In this document: positions 7,648-15,924 of the stretch, in pieces
How the letters are laid out: every line of letters begins with the position of its first letter
Position numbering within the stretch: the stretch's first letter is position 1
Source: an uncultured virus (IMG/VR IMGVR_UViG_3300038314_001498)
Taxonomy: Duplodnaviria; Heunggongvirae; Uroviricota; Caudoviricetes; Crassvirales
IMG/VR virus record: IMGVR_UViG_3300038314_001498
DNA: 20,000 nucleotides
Reading direction: 5' to 3' (one strand)
Notes under the pieces: generated by a model
Told to the model about the DNA's origin: nothing
Seen by the model: the letters and a program-made list of their open reading frames with translations, nothing else
The model's database searches: none
Position numbers and translations under genes: made by a program

Positions 7648-8246
7648 ACTGCTTTTGCCCAAATATCCTTAGTTCTCAACCATCTATACTCTTTACCATC
7701 AATCCAAAACTTTACACCATCTAAGGTTGGGTCTTTTATAACCGCATCACCTTTAGTTACACCAAGTGCTTCGATGTCTTTGTTTGGATATAATAATCGT
7801 ACACGTTCCTTTTCGTATTTAGGGCCTTGTGCGTTTTCTGGAATTATCAAACCACTAATAACTGGTGTGGTTTTGGTTTCAACCGGTTCTACTAATAAAT
7901 TCTGTCCAAAGCCTTTCCACTCATCATCTTCATCTTTACGATACAACACAATCATATTTGGTGTAATACGAAACAACTTCTGAGACTTGTCTATGTAATG
8001 CGTATAGTCTTGCTTTACACCTTGGTAAATCTGTTTATAGAGTATGGTAGGTTCAAACATCACTTCATAACCTTCCTCAATTGGGCAATCCATAAATAAT
8101 GGTACTGATTTTACCTTGGCAACTCTATTGCTTAATCGGTCTACACTAAAATCTTGGTGTGCAAAAAGTTCTGTGCCGTTTTCGGTTTTAAAAGTCTCGT
8201 TTAAGGGTTTTGGCAACTCTATAATAAAATCGTGTAAGCTTTGCAT
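7644..8246 (-). CDS. Tandem GroES/Cpn10-like domain protein
   Basis: C-half NLLVEPVE...SGLIIP...GVTKGDAV...IDGKEYRWLRTKDIWA matches the Cpn10 pattern. N-half SLHDFIIE...ENGTELF...AKVKSVP...IEEGYEVMF is a second, divergent copy. Confidence 0.7.
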   Translation of the reverse strand: MQSLHDFIIELPKPLNETFKTENGTELFAHQDFSVDRLSNRVAKVKSVPLFMDCPIEEGYEVMFEPTILYKQIYQGVKQDYTHYIDKSQKLFRITPNMIVLYRKDEDDEWKGFGQNLLVEPVETKTTPVISGLIIPENAQGPKYEKERVRLLYPNKDIEALGVTKGDAVIKDPTLDGVKFWIDGKEYRWLRTKDIWAKAV

Positions 8247-8247
8247 G

Positions 8248-8300
8248 TATAGATAAAATTTATTATTAAAACAAATTTAATAAATAAAATCTATAATAAA
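8248..8300 (-). promoter_or_regulatory. Putative promoter with dyad symmetry upstream of the packaging operon
   Basis: Minus-strand TAAATTTG (8279-8272) fits TAnnTTTG. Arms are TATAGAT (8248-8254)/ATCTATA (8289-8295) and ATTTATTA (8258-8265)/TAATAAAT (8278-8285). The -33 box is poor. Confidence 0.55.
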
Positions 8301-8325
8301 AGGCAATACTTTAATTTTGAATATT

Positions 8326-8691
8326 TTAGTTAGATATTACTATACCAAGAACCAGACCTCCAACAACACCAAGACTGGTAGGTAATATCCAGTTGCTTTT
8401 CTTTTTACGAAGTGCTTTTACAGAGTCATCCAATTGTATTTGTAGTTTTTCGCGTTGTTGTTCAGATGTTTGCATACGCTTAAAATACTCTAAATTACTA
8501 ATGATTAAATCATTTAGAGATTTAAGTTGTAAATCATAAGCTACACGCAAACTATCGCACTTACGGCTTTCTTTTGCCATAGATTTTAACGCTTTTTTAG
8601 ATATTGTAATACTATCTGTTGCCTTCGTGTTTTGAGATGAAAGCGTTAAGCTCATCATCATTAGGATTAGAGTTATCAATAATTGCTTCAT
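8326..8691 (-). CDS. Spanin-like protein (signal peptide, coiled coil, C-terminal hydrophobic segment)
   Basis: N-terminal signal MKQLLITLILMMMSLTLSSQ, coiled coil, C-terminal WILPTSLGVVGGLVLGIVI. Overlaps the upstream gene by 80 nt and follows the endolysin. Confidence 0.5.
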   Translation of the reverse strand: MKQLLITLILMMMSLTLSSQNTKATDSITISKKALKSMAKESRKCDSLRVAYDLQLKSLNDLIISNLEYFKRMQTSEQQREKLQIQLDDSVKALRKKKSNWILPTSLGVVGGLVLGIVISN

Positions 8692-8968
8692 CTTGCTTTA
8701 GTTTATCATTTATGGCTTTAGATTGTTTTTTGGTACTGGTTGTTTTGGTTTGCTGTTTTTGGGTCAAGTCTTTAATACGTAAATTAAGAGCGTCTAAACT
8801 ATCTTTTGCTACGTTGTATTGCTGCTCTACTTCTTTAAAGTACTTGTATTTATACACACCTTTTTGAATTGTAACTACTGAGCCATACACTAAAGCTACT
8901 GCAATAATCACCAGGAATAGTTTTTCTAGTGTGGTGCGTTGTTTCCAAAAGAATAATAGTGTGCTCAT
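8612..8968 (-). CDS. i-spanin (Rz)-like membrane protein
   Basis: Single N-terminal TM segment LFLVIIAVALVYGSVVTI followed by a coiled coil. Immediately downstream of the endolysin. Confidence 0.55.
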   Translation of the reverse strand: MSTLLFFWKQRTTLEKLFLVIIAVALVYGSVVTIQKGVYKYKYFKEVEQQYNVAKDSLDALNLRIKDLTQKQQTKTTSTKKQSKAINDKLKQDEAIIDNSNPNDDELNAFISKHEGNR

Positions 8969-8970
8969 TA

Positions 8971-9393
8971 TTATCGTTTTCTTTGAAAGTGTAGCACATC
9001 TACAAAGCCATCCTTTATATCATTTTTATTCCAGTCACCACCCCAAACATTATCTGGATGCAAACTTTCCCAATAATCACCAAGCGGTTTTATAAGGTCA
9101 AAATCATAAGTAAGTTTTCCGTCTATAAAAAAATTAAAATCTATAGCTAAACGATCACCATGACTAGATAAAAGTGTATTGCTTAACTTTCTAGATTTTA
9201 CTAATTTTAAGCCAAGGATTCCACCTTTTTTAACCTCATAACCAAAATAATTAAGCAACATCTGAGAGTTAGTTCTATGCGCTTCACCAAGCGTCAACTC
9301 AATGTTTAAACATTCATAAGAATAAGTAATTAACTTACCTACATCTCTTGTAAATTCTCTTTGTACTTCAGATAGTTGTTTCATACTAAACAT
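8971..9393 (-). CDS. Endolysin, M15 family zinc peptidase (L-Ala-D-Glu peptidase-like)
   Basis: EAHRT, SSHGDRLAIDF (SxH...AxD), WGGDW and DVLHFQ (DxxHF) motifs of Peptidase_M15_4. Confidence 0.85.
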   Translation of the reverse strand: MFSMKQLSEVQREFTRDVGKLITYSYECLNIELTLGEAHRTNSQMLLNYFGYEVKKGGILGLKLVKSRKLSNTLLSSHGDRLAIDFNFFIDGKLTYDFDLIKPLGDYWESLHPDNVWGGDWNKNDIKDGFVDVLHFQRKR

Positions 9394-9841
9394 CGTTTTT
9401 TTTTAAAAAATCACCTTCCCATCCAACCATTTTTGGGCGCCAATCTACCCTTATATCTATTTTAAAATCCACCAAACTCACCAACGCATGCATCATGTTC
9501 TTAGGCACTTTAAATACTGCTGGGTATTCTAAGAAATAAATATCTTCTTCTGTAACCCACTCTACTTTTGCACCTGGTGTTAACAACTCACAAGTTTCAG
9601 AAGCATAAGCATGTATATGTGTTGCAAAAATCCCTTTAGGACCTAACTCATATAAACACGAGGATCTATCATCATGTTCAGGTAAGTTTATACGTTCCCA
9701 ATAATCTGAAGCAGTACCAGGAAACAAACTTCTAGTTACTGGTATTTCTTGCACTTCTACAATTGGCACGTCTTTAAAATTTGCTAACATTCTGAGACGC
9801 AGCTTTGCTCGTTCCCTTTTTAAAAGCTCTTTATTGCTCAT
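9386..9841 (-). CDS. Cupin-domain protein
   Basis: Cupin motif 1 GIFATHIHAYASETCELLTPG (HxH...E) and motif 2 FKVPKNMMHALV (P....H). Confidence 0.65.
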   Translation of the reverse strand: MSNKELLKRERAKLRLRMLANFKDVPIVEVQEIPVTRSLFPGTASDYWERINLPEHDDRSSCLYELGPKGIFATHIHAYASETCELLTPGAKVEWVTEEDIYFLEYPAVFKVPKNMMHALVSLVDFKIDIRVDWRPKMVGWEGDFLKKNDV

Positions 9842-10215
9842 TTATTTTTCATTAAATGCGCATGTATATCATCTACTCTGGTTTTAATGCCTTCATTTAT
9901 AGCTTTCACTTCATTAACAACATTAATTTCGCTTTCAGAATTTTTTAAAACCGCATTTAAGATGTTTCCTGTGTCTGTAATAAGTTTAATATTGGCATTG
10001 TCTTGCGCCTTGTTATAATCTATTTCAGATTTTAATTGCGCTTTTAAGTCTGTTATTTGCAACTTAAAATCATCCATGCGTTTTGTGTTTTCATAACGCA
10101 AATAAACAAGTAACGCAGTGGCAAAAGCTACCAATACACCTATTACCCAACCTAACAAACTGTTAATATCATCAGTTGGCACATCTTCTATACATACAAT
10201 TAAATTTTGTAACAT
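9838..10215 (-). CDS. Single-TM membrane protein with coiled coil (holin/antiholin candidate)
   Basis: TM segment LLGWVIGVLVAFATALLVYL followed by heptad repeats, within the lysis block. Confidence 0.5.
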   Translation of the reverse strand: MLQNLIVCIEDVPTDDINSLLGWVIGVLVAFATALLVYLRYENTKRMDDFKLQITDLKAQLKSEIDYNKAQDNANIKLITDTGNILNAVLKNSESEINVVNEVKAINEGIKTRVDDIHAHLMKNK

Positions 10216-10277
10216 ATTTACTATTTATATTAAGCGTTCTTACCCTCATAAGCAGCTTAATAGCAAGAAAAAATATC

Positions 10278-10664
10278 TTAGTGTTTACAATTTTCATTGT
10301 GCACATGCATTTGCTGTTGCACTTTTTTACTTATTGGTTTTCGGTTTTGGTGCAACTTGTATTGAATAAACCCAGAGATCACAATCATCACAATTACAAA
10401 GTCTGTGGTTTCAGGTATGGTCCAATTAAGTTTATCTTCAGCAAGATGTAACACATAATCACCTAATCTCAGAATCACTAAAGCCCAAAACAAACCTTTT
10501 AAGACATCTACCAAATTATCATTTAACCAAAATTTTAGATTAAACTTTACATTGCTTGGTACATAGTATAGCTTTACTGCCAATATTCCTAAGAGCGACC
10601 AAAACATACCTGCAATCCAAACTTCTATTGCATATGTTCCTAATAATTGATGTATTAATTCCAT
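10278..10664 (-). CDS. Three-TM membrane protein, holin candidate
   Basis: Three hydrophobic segments and a basic C-terminal tail, upstream of the endolysin. Confidence 0.5.
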   Translation of the reverse strand: MELIHQLLGTYAIEVWIAGMFWSLLGILAVKLYYVPSNVKFNLKFWLNDNLVDVLKGLFWALVILRLGDYVLHLAEDKLNWTIPETTDFVIVMIVISGFIQYKLHQNRKPISKKVQQQMHVHNENCKH

Positions 10665-10670
10665 AGTTTC

Positions 10671-12398
10671 TTAATTACTTATTAATATTAATTTCAATTT
10701 TTTAGATGTACTAGAACCATTAGATCCACCACTAGAAACCTCATTAACCGTTACAACACAAGTGTCTGTAAAACCACCATCATTAGTGGTTACTGTTATA
10801 CTTACCGTGCCTTTTGCTGTAGCTGTTATAGTACCGTTTTGATCTACTGTAGCAACACTTGTATTGCTTCTGGACCATACAACGGTTTTGTCTGTGGCAT
10901 TAGCTGGTAAAACTTCTTCGGTAAAATCGTAAGTTTCGCCAACGCTTATAGTTAGTGTATCTGGCAAACCTTGTACGCTTGTTACGTTAACGGTAGGCGT
11001 TGGCTCTGCAATGTTATCATCGACTTGATTTAAAAACATCTCTAAGTTTGTGTAACCTACATCTAAATCATTACCATTATTATCTGCTACATTTGGATTT
11101 AAACCTTTAGCGGTTTCCCAAGTGTCTGGCATACCATCATTATCTGTGTCGTAACTTGCTGGTCTTGAAGCTGTGCTTAACGTAGGTGTAGGATATGGTC
11201 TGTCTGTAATAGCCGATCTTGTATCTGTGTTGATTTCATTCAACCAAGATGTGTCGTAACTATCTCTATTAACTGTTACGCTGCCATCTGCATTAAGACT
11301 TTTAAACGCACCAGCATTGTTAGGTATGCTATCTTTAGCTTCATCGGCTGTTATAGGTGTAAAAGTTCTACCTAATAATGTATATTGACTTAATGTTTGA
11401 TAATCTGTTGTTAATTGGTCGCCTCTATCTACCGTACCATAAGGAGTAGATGCTGTTAAAAACCACCTCCACATCAACCAATTATCTGCGTTCATTTCTG
11501 ATACAGTAGATGTCATAGAATATTCTGGCCTTGCATCTACACCATAAGGATTTGAAATTTTATTACCGTTGGTATAAATAGTAGGTGTAGATGTTGCACT
11601 ATAACTGTGCATATTAAAGTTCTCATCTTGTATAGATACACCATAATCATAGTAATTATTTATATGATTTAACTGATAGCTGCCATTACCTCTTACTAGA
11701 CGTTTTTCTGCGTTCCAAGAAACATTATTTATTAAATCTACTCTACCATCTAAAGCGAGATTAGGGTAACGTTGCTCATTATTATGAAACACATTACCGA
11801 TATAGCTTATATCTTCTATGTAATCCATATAGTTGTTAGAACCATCACCAACGATACCACCACCACTTTCGTTAACCCCAAAAAAGCAGTACTGAACGGT
11901 TAAATCGCTTGTGGTTAAAGATGTGTCACTGCCTACTGTCATTCCTTCATCATTACCAAATGAAATTGATAAATGATCTGCAATTACATTGGTTGCGTAG
12001 TATAGATTAAAACTATCTGAACTTGAAGAAGCACCCCTAAATCTTAAATACCGTATAATTAAGTTATCGCCTTTTAAAATTATAGTTTCACCTGTAAATG
12101 TAATACCATCGCCTGGTGCTGTTTGACCTGCAATAGTCACATTATTAATCGTAGTATCTATTGCACTTGACAAATTAATTACACCACTAACATCGAAAAC
12201 TATTGTTCTATTATCGCCAAGTGCAGCTCGAAAACTACCTGTACCACTATCATTAAGATTTGTTACGTGTACTACAGTAGAATATGCTCTACCACCTGTA
12301 GCATACGCACCAGCACCTAAAGCTGTTGGAAACGCTAACTGTTGCGCTGGTAACAATGCTAAAAAGAGTAATGCAAGTATTACTATTAGTTTTTTCAT
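10671..12398 (-). CDS. Secreted PL1-family pectate lyase-like protein with Ig-like (Big_2) domain
   Basis: AFPTALGAGAYATGGR...HVTNLNDSGTGSFR...RTIVFDVSGVI, TIAGQTAPGDGI, NLIIRYLRFR, DHLSISFGNDE, QRYPN, then DTDNDGMPDTWE...GYTNLEMFLN, then Big_2 (LPANATDKTVVWSRSNTSVATVDQNG). Likely start 12398 (ATGA overlap) gives signal peptide MKKLIVILALLFLALLPA-Q. Confidence 0.85.
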   Translation of the reverse strand: MKKLIVILALLFLALLPAQQLAFPTALGAGAYATGGRAYSTVVHVTNLNDSGTGSFRAALGDNRTIVFDVSGVINLSSAIDTTINNVTIAGQTAPGDGITFTGETIILKGDNLIIRYLRFRGASSSSDSFNLYYATNVIADHLSISFGNDEGMTVGSDTSLTTSDLTVQYCFFGVNESGGGIVGDGSNNYMDYIEDISYIGNVFHNNEQRYPNLALDGRVDLINNVSWNAEKRLVRGNGSYQLNHINNYYDYGVSIQDENFNMHSYSATSTPTIYTNGNKISNPYGVDARPEYSMTSTVSEMNADNWLMWRWFLTASTPYGTVDRGDQLTTDYQTLSQYTLLGRTFTPITADEAKDSIPNNAGAFKSLNADGSVTVNRDSYDTSWLNEINTDTRSAITDRPYPTPTLSTASRPASYDTDNDGMPDTWETAKGLNPNVADNNGNDLDVGYTNLEMFLNQVDDNIAEPTPTVNVTSVQGLPDTLTISVGETYDFTEEVLPANATDKTVVWSRSNTSVATVDQNGTITATAKGTVSITVTTNDGGFTDTCVVTVNEVSSGGSNGSSTSKKLKLILISN

Positions 12399-12784
12399 AG
12401 TGAAATAATTTTCCATTGGTTATCAATAAACACAGCCAAAGACACGCTATTATCTTCTGAAGCAACAAAAGCAACACCTATTTCATCTTTTTGTAATTTA
12501 TTAGGTAAATCATCTTGTTTAACAGGTTTTATTTCTAAAGCAGATAAAATGTCTTTTAGATTTGAATTTTCTGATGCTTTTTCTTTTAAAACATTCACTT
12601 GAACTGTGAGATCCTTTATTTGTGCTTTTAATTGGCTTAGTTCTCTGTATAATCTATAATTTTTTTCTTTTTCTAATTTTAGCAATTCTTCACTAAGTTC
12701 ATAAGATTTATCTATCAAGGAATAATCTTGTGCATTAGAAAAAACACAAAAGAATATAAAAAGGTATGTGATTAGTGTTTTCAT
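12395..12784 (-). CDS. Secreted coiled-coil hypothetical protein
   Basis: Signal peptide MKTLITYLFIFFCVFSNA-Q, followed by a central heptad repeat. Confidence 0.65.
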   Translation of the reverse strand: MKTLITYLFIFFCVFSNAQDYSLIDKSYELSEELLKLEKEKNYRLYRELSQLKAQIKDLTVQVNVLKEKASENSNLKDILSALEIKPVKQDDLPNKLQKDEIGVAFVASEDNSVSLAVFIDNQWKIISL

Positions 12785-12785
12785 C

Positions 12786-14567
12786 TTAATTAAGTTTAGT
12801 TACAGATACATTGTCAATAGTAAATGAGCCTCCTCCACCAGAGTTAGAACCTCTTATGCTTATAAGATTTGCATTTGCTTCAGTTGTTGTTAATGTGTAA
12901 GTAAATGTGTAGCTTCCATCACCTCTTATAGCTGTTGGAACTAAGGTTTCTCCACCACCACCACCATATTGGAATCTAAATCTTGATGCACCACTACTAT
13001 TACTAACATCTAAACTTATTTCAATTTCGTCGCCAGATACAATGTTCTCGCTTAATGTAAAAACAAAATGGTCTTCCCCACTACCATTGTAATTAGCAAC
13101 TCCACCAGAAACAGTCCAAGTAGCTGGAACTGTTAAATTTGTAGAATCATCAAAAGTGCCATTAAGATTTATACCACAACAACCGCTAGATGGTGCTGAA
13201 TAAGTATAATCACTAATAACCCAATCCGCACCATTTGCCCAAATAGTGTCTTGAGATACGCTAAATAATGAAGCACTACCTAAGTAATCTTTTGGCAGCA
13301 CGTATTGTCGTTGCGTTTTTGTACGCTTATCTATTACAACTGTACTATCTGGCACGATCTTAATGGCACTTCCAGAAATATTAGTAAATGATACCGCTAA
13401 CATTTCATTAGTTGGAGGCGCAATATCTCTAGGATATGTTATCGTTACCGTGTCGGCTTGTGTTGTACCATCAGCTCTATATGTCTCAATTATATGCGGT
13501 TTGTAAGCTAAGATGTCGGCTTCTTGTAATGTGTATATACTATCGGTTACGGTTACGTAGTTTAAGGCATTATCTGCACTTGTTGGATTTTGCCAAGAAG
13601 CATATTGATTGCTACCCATGGTTAAAACTTGCCCAGAAGTACCTCTTGTTTTTGGTAATCTATATCCTGCAGCATAAGTACCTACTCTAACTCCGCTTTG
13701 TTCAATAGCTAACTCTACAGCATTGCTAACTACAAATGAAATAGGAAAATTAGGAGTACCACCTAAAATTAATCCTGGTGAAGCTACATTGTTTGGATAT
13801 AAACTAATCGGAAATGTACCATTAGTATCTTCATCTACAGTTATTTGTAAACCTTGAGAAGGAGAAACATTACTGCTGTGTATTAAAAAAGAATTACCTA
13901 TACTCATACCTTGGTAACTGTCGTTTCCTGTGAGTAAAATACTATTTAAAGATGTGTTTGCAGTAACATAACTTTGCAAATAACCTAAATCTATTAAGCT
14001 TCTAGCTACATAATTAGAACTATAATCATCAGCATAAACTAAACCTCTATAATTTGGGTCATCTCCTCTTAATGTAGCTTGATAGCGACTTAATCCATAA
14101 GTTGAATAATAATCTTCTACACCACCATTTGTAAGCCCATATACCATTTCTGGTCGTGGGTCAGAAATTTCATTAAACCAAAAACCTGCTGTAGTATTTT
14201 CACTTACTAAAGCTATACTAGAATCTTCTCCGTCACCTGAAAAATCATTTCCAATATATCCTCTTCCAAATACAATATCACCTGTAACTGGACTTCCAAC
14301 TTCTGTACCTGTTAACGGAATATAACCATTAGCATTTAAAGACGACCAACTAGAACCATTCCAATATTCAAATTGCTCTGTTGTTTCGTTGTATATTAAA
14401 ACTCTATCTGTTGCACCGTAAGAAAAAGCATTTCTTTCCGTTGTGGTTAACGTTAAATATTCTATTAATGGTAATTTTACACCATTTCTAAACGGCGTAG
14501 GCACTTGAGCCTCTAAAAAACTAAAAGTGCTTAAAAAAATAATGATAAATAATATTAGCTTTTTCAT
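12786..14567 (-). CDS. Tail fibre/adhesin-like protein with signal peptide and C-terminal carbohydrate-binding-like beta-sandwich
   Basis: Signal MKKLILFIIIFLSTFSFLEA-Q. Fibre-type motifs LIYNETTEQFEYWNGSSW, YIPLTGT, LPKTRGTSGQVLT...SW. C-terminal NGTFD...FTIDNVSV (CBM4/9-like). Rich in G/S/T/N. Confidence 0.6.
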   Translation of the reverse strand: MKKLILFIIIFLSTFSFLEAQVPTPFRNGVKLPLIEYLTLTTTERNAFSYGATDRVLIYNETTEQFEYWNGSSWSSLNANGYIPLTGTEVGSPVTGDIVFGRGYIGNDFSGDGEDSSIALVSENTTAGFWFNEISDPRPEMVYGLTNGGVEDYYSTYGLSRYQATLRGDDPNYRGLVYADDYSSNYVARSLIDLGYLQSYVTANTSLNSILLTGNDSYQGMSIGNSFLIHSSNVSPSQGLQITVDEDTNGTFPISLYPNNVASPGLILGGTPNFPISFVVSNAVELAIEQSGVRVGTYAAGYRLPKTRGTSGQVLTMGSNQYASWQNPTSADNALNYVTVTDSIYTLQEADILAYKPHIIETYRADGTTQADTVTITYPRDIAPPTNEMLAVSFTNISGSAIKIVPDSTVVIDKRTKTQRQYVLPKDYLGSASLFSVSQDTIWANGADWVISDYTYSAPSSGCCGINLNGTFDDSTNLTVPATWTVSGGVANYNGSGEDHFVFTLSENIVSGDEIEISLDVSNSSGASRFRFQYGGGGGETLVPTAIRGDGSYTFTYTLTTTEANANLISIRGSNSGGGGSFTIDNVSVTKLN

Positions 14568-15814
14568 TAGTTATAATATATTACTGTTATAGTTGAATCG
14601 AGATAAGCACCATTCCCTAGTGTTAATACACCATCTTCATACGTCCAATCAATACAAAGAGCTTGTTCTTCAAAAACTAAGTGTAAATTTTCTGGGTTAT
14701 CACTAATTGTAAATTCTGTTTGATCTGCTGTTGCGGTTAGTTCTATTTTCTTTAGTTTAGTTTTTCGTTTTAAAACTAAAACCCCATTCTCAACTTCTGG
14801 GTTATAACCTTCTTTACCTGCGTAAGAATCATCAAAAGTATCTGCTAACCCTAAATACGTGTTGTTTAATACTAAATTGCCTACACCACTTACAATACGT
14901 ATATGGTCTATAAGAAAAGCTGCTAAATCAGCTTCTCTAACAAAAATATTTATACCATCAAAACCTGCAAGCCCTGTCATAGCTGACAATGGAATAACAA
15001 CACTTTGGTAAGTACTTGTGTTATTAAAGTCAAAACCGTAATAACTTCCGTTTATTGTAGCAAAAGTGCTTTCCTCCCCAGATGAATCCTCAAACAATTG
15101 TATATCTATTCTGGTTGCACTATTAGCTGCATTATTTACCTTTAAGTAAAGGTGTAGCTTCATTGAAGGATCATACTCAACGATTTCATCTTTATAAAAT
15201 CGAATTACTGTAGAATCTGTAGACTCTTCTTTTATAGAAATACATTTGGTGCCTATATATGGTGTGTCTTCAAAATCAAAATCAACTGCGCTAAAACCAG
15301 AAGTGCTATTCCCCCAATCTGTTTCTAGGTTATCGCTGTACACAATATCTTCAGAAACACCACTTGGCTCTGATGCACTTGCTTCTACCAATATAAATGT
15401 GATTAATACTTGAGAAGTATTATCTATAAGAGGTTTTACTGGATTTGGTGCTGGTTGTCCTTGCAATACTAATAATTGACCATTTGAATTTGCATATACA
15501 GCATCTATTCGAGAATATGTACTATCTGCATTTGGAAGGGTTACTTCTTGGGATTCAATTTCATAAACATTAGAGTTTAGCCAATATTGTATGTCCGAAA
15601 ACAAATAAGTTAATCCCTCTATCCATATAACTTGTCCACTTGTTAATGAATTAGTTAAAACAGAACCAATTTGACTAACTACTAAATTAACTAAAGCACT
15701 TACCTTGAAATTTTTTGTTTTTCTGACGTTTTCTGCGTCAAAACCTAATAATCCGTCGTTAACCGTTACATTGGTGTCAAAAGGATATATGGAAGTGTTA
15801 TTGTGCTTTGCCAT
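14567..15814 (-). CDS. Tail/structural protein with a galactose-binding-like (CBM11/CIA30-type) domain
   Basis: Tail-attachment-like motif LPNADSTYSRIDAVY...GQPAPNPVKP. CBM-like segment LHLYLK...YQSVVIPLSAM...FLIDHIRIV. No signal peptide. Confidence 0.55.
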   Translation of the reverse strand: MAKHNNTSIYPFDTNVTVNDGLLGFDAENVRKTKNFKVSALVNLVVSQIGSVLTNSLTSGQVIWIEGLTYLFSDIQYWLNSNVYEIESQEVTLPNADSTYSRIDAVYANSNGQLLVLQGQPAPNPVKPLIDNTSQVLITFILVEASASEPSGVSEDIVYSDNLETDWGNSTSGFSAVDFDFEDTPYIGTKCISIKEESTDSTVIRFYKDEIVEYDPSMKLHLYLKVNNAANSATRIDIQLFEDSSGEESTFATINGSYYGFDFNNTSTYQSVVIPLSAMTGLAGFDGINIFVREADLAAFLIDHIRIVSGVGNLVLNNTYLGLADTFDDSYAGKEGYNPEVENGVLVLKRKTKLKKIELTATADQTEFTISDNPENLHLVFEEQALCIDWTYEDGVLTLGNGAYLDSTITVIYYN

Positions 15815-15824
15815 GATTAACAGT

Positions 15825-15880
15825 ATAGATTATTTCTATCAATAGTAACAAATGTATTAATATAATCTATTGAATACAAA
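15825..15880 (-). promoter_or_regulatory. Bacteroidota sigma-A type promoter with dyad symmetry upstream of the tail/lysis operon
   Basis: Minus-strand TACATTTG (15856-15849) and TTTG (15880-15877) with a 20-nt spacer. Arms are ATAGATTAT (15825-15833) and ATAATCTAT (15862-15870). Confidence 0.68.
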
Positions 15881-15924
15881 TAATTTATATTTATTATGTA
15901 ATTTTATAGTACAATAAATGTTAT

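Noticed and set aside
12289..12477. 62-aa minus ORF overlapping two genes
   Set aside because: It is an alternate-frame overlap of two better-supported, translationally coupled CDSs.
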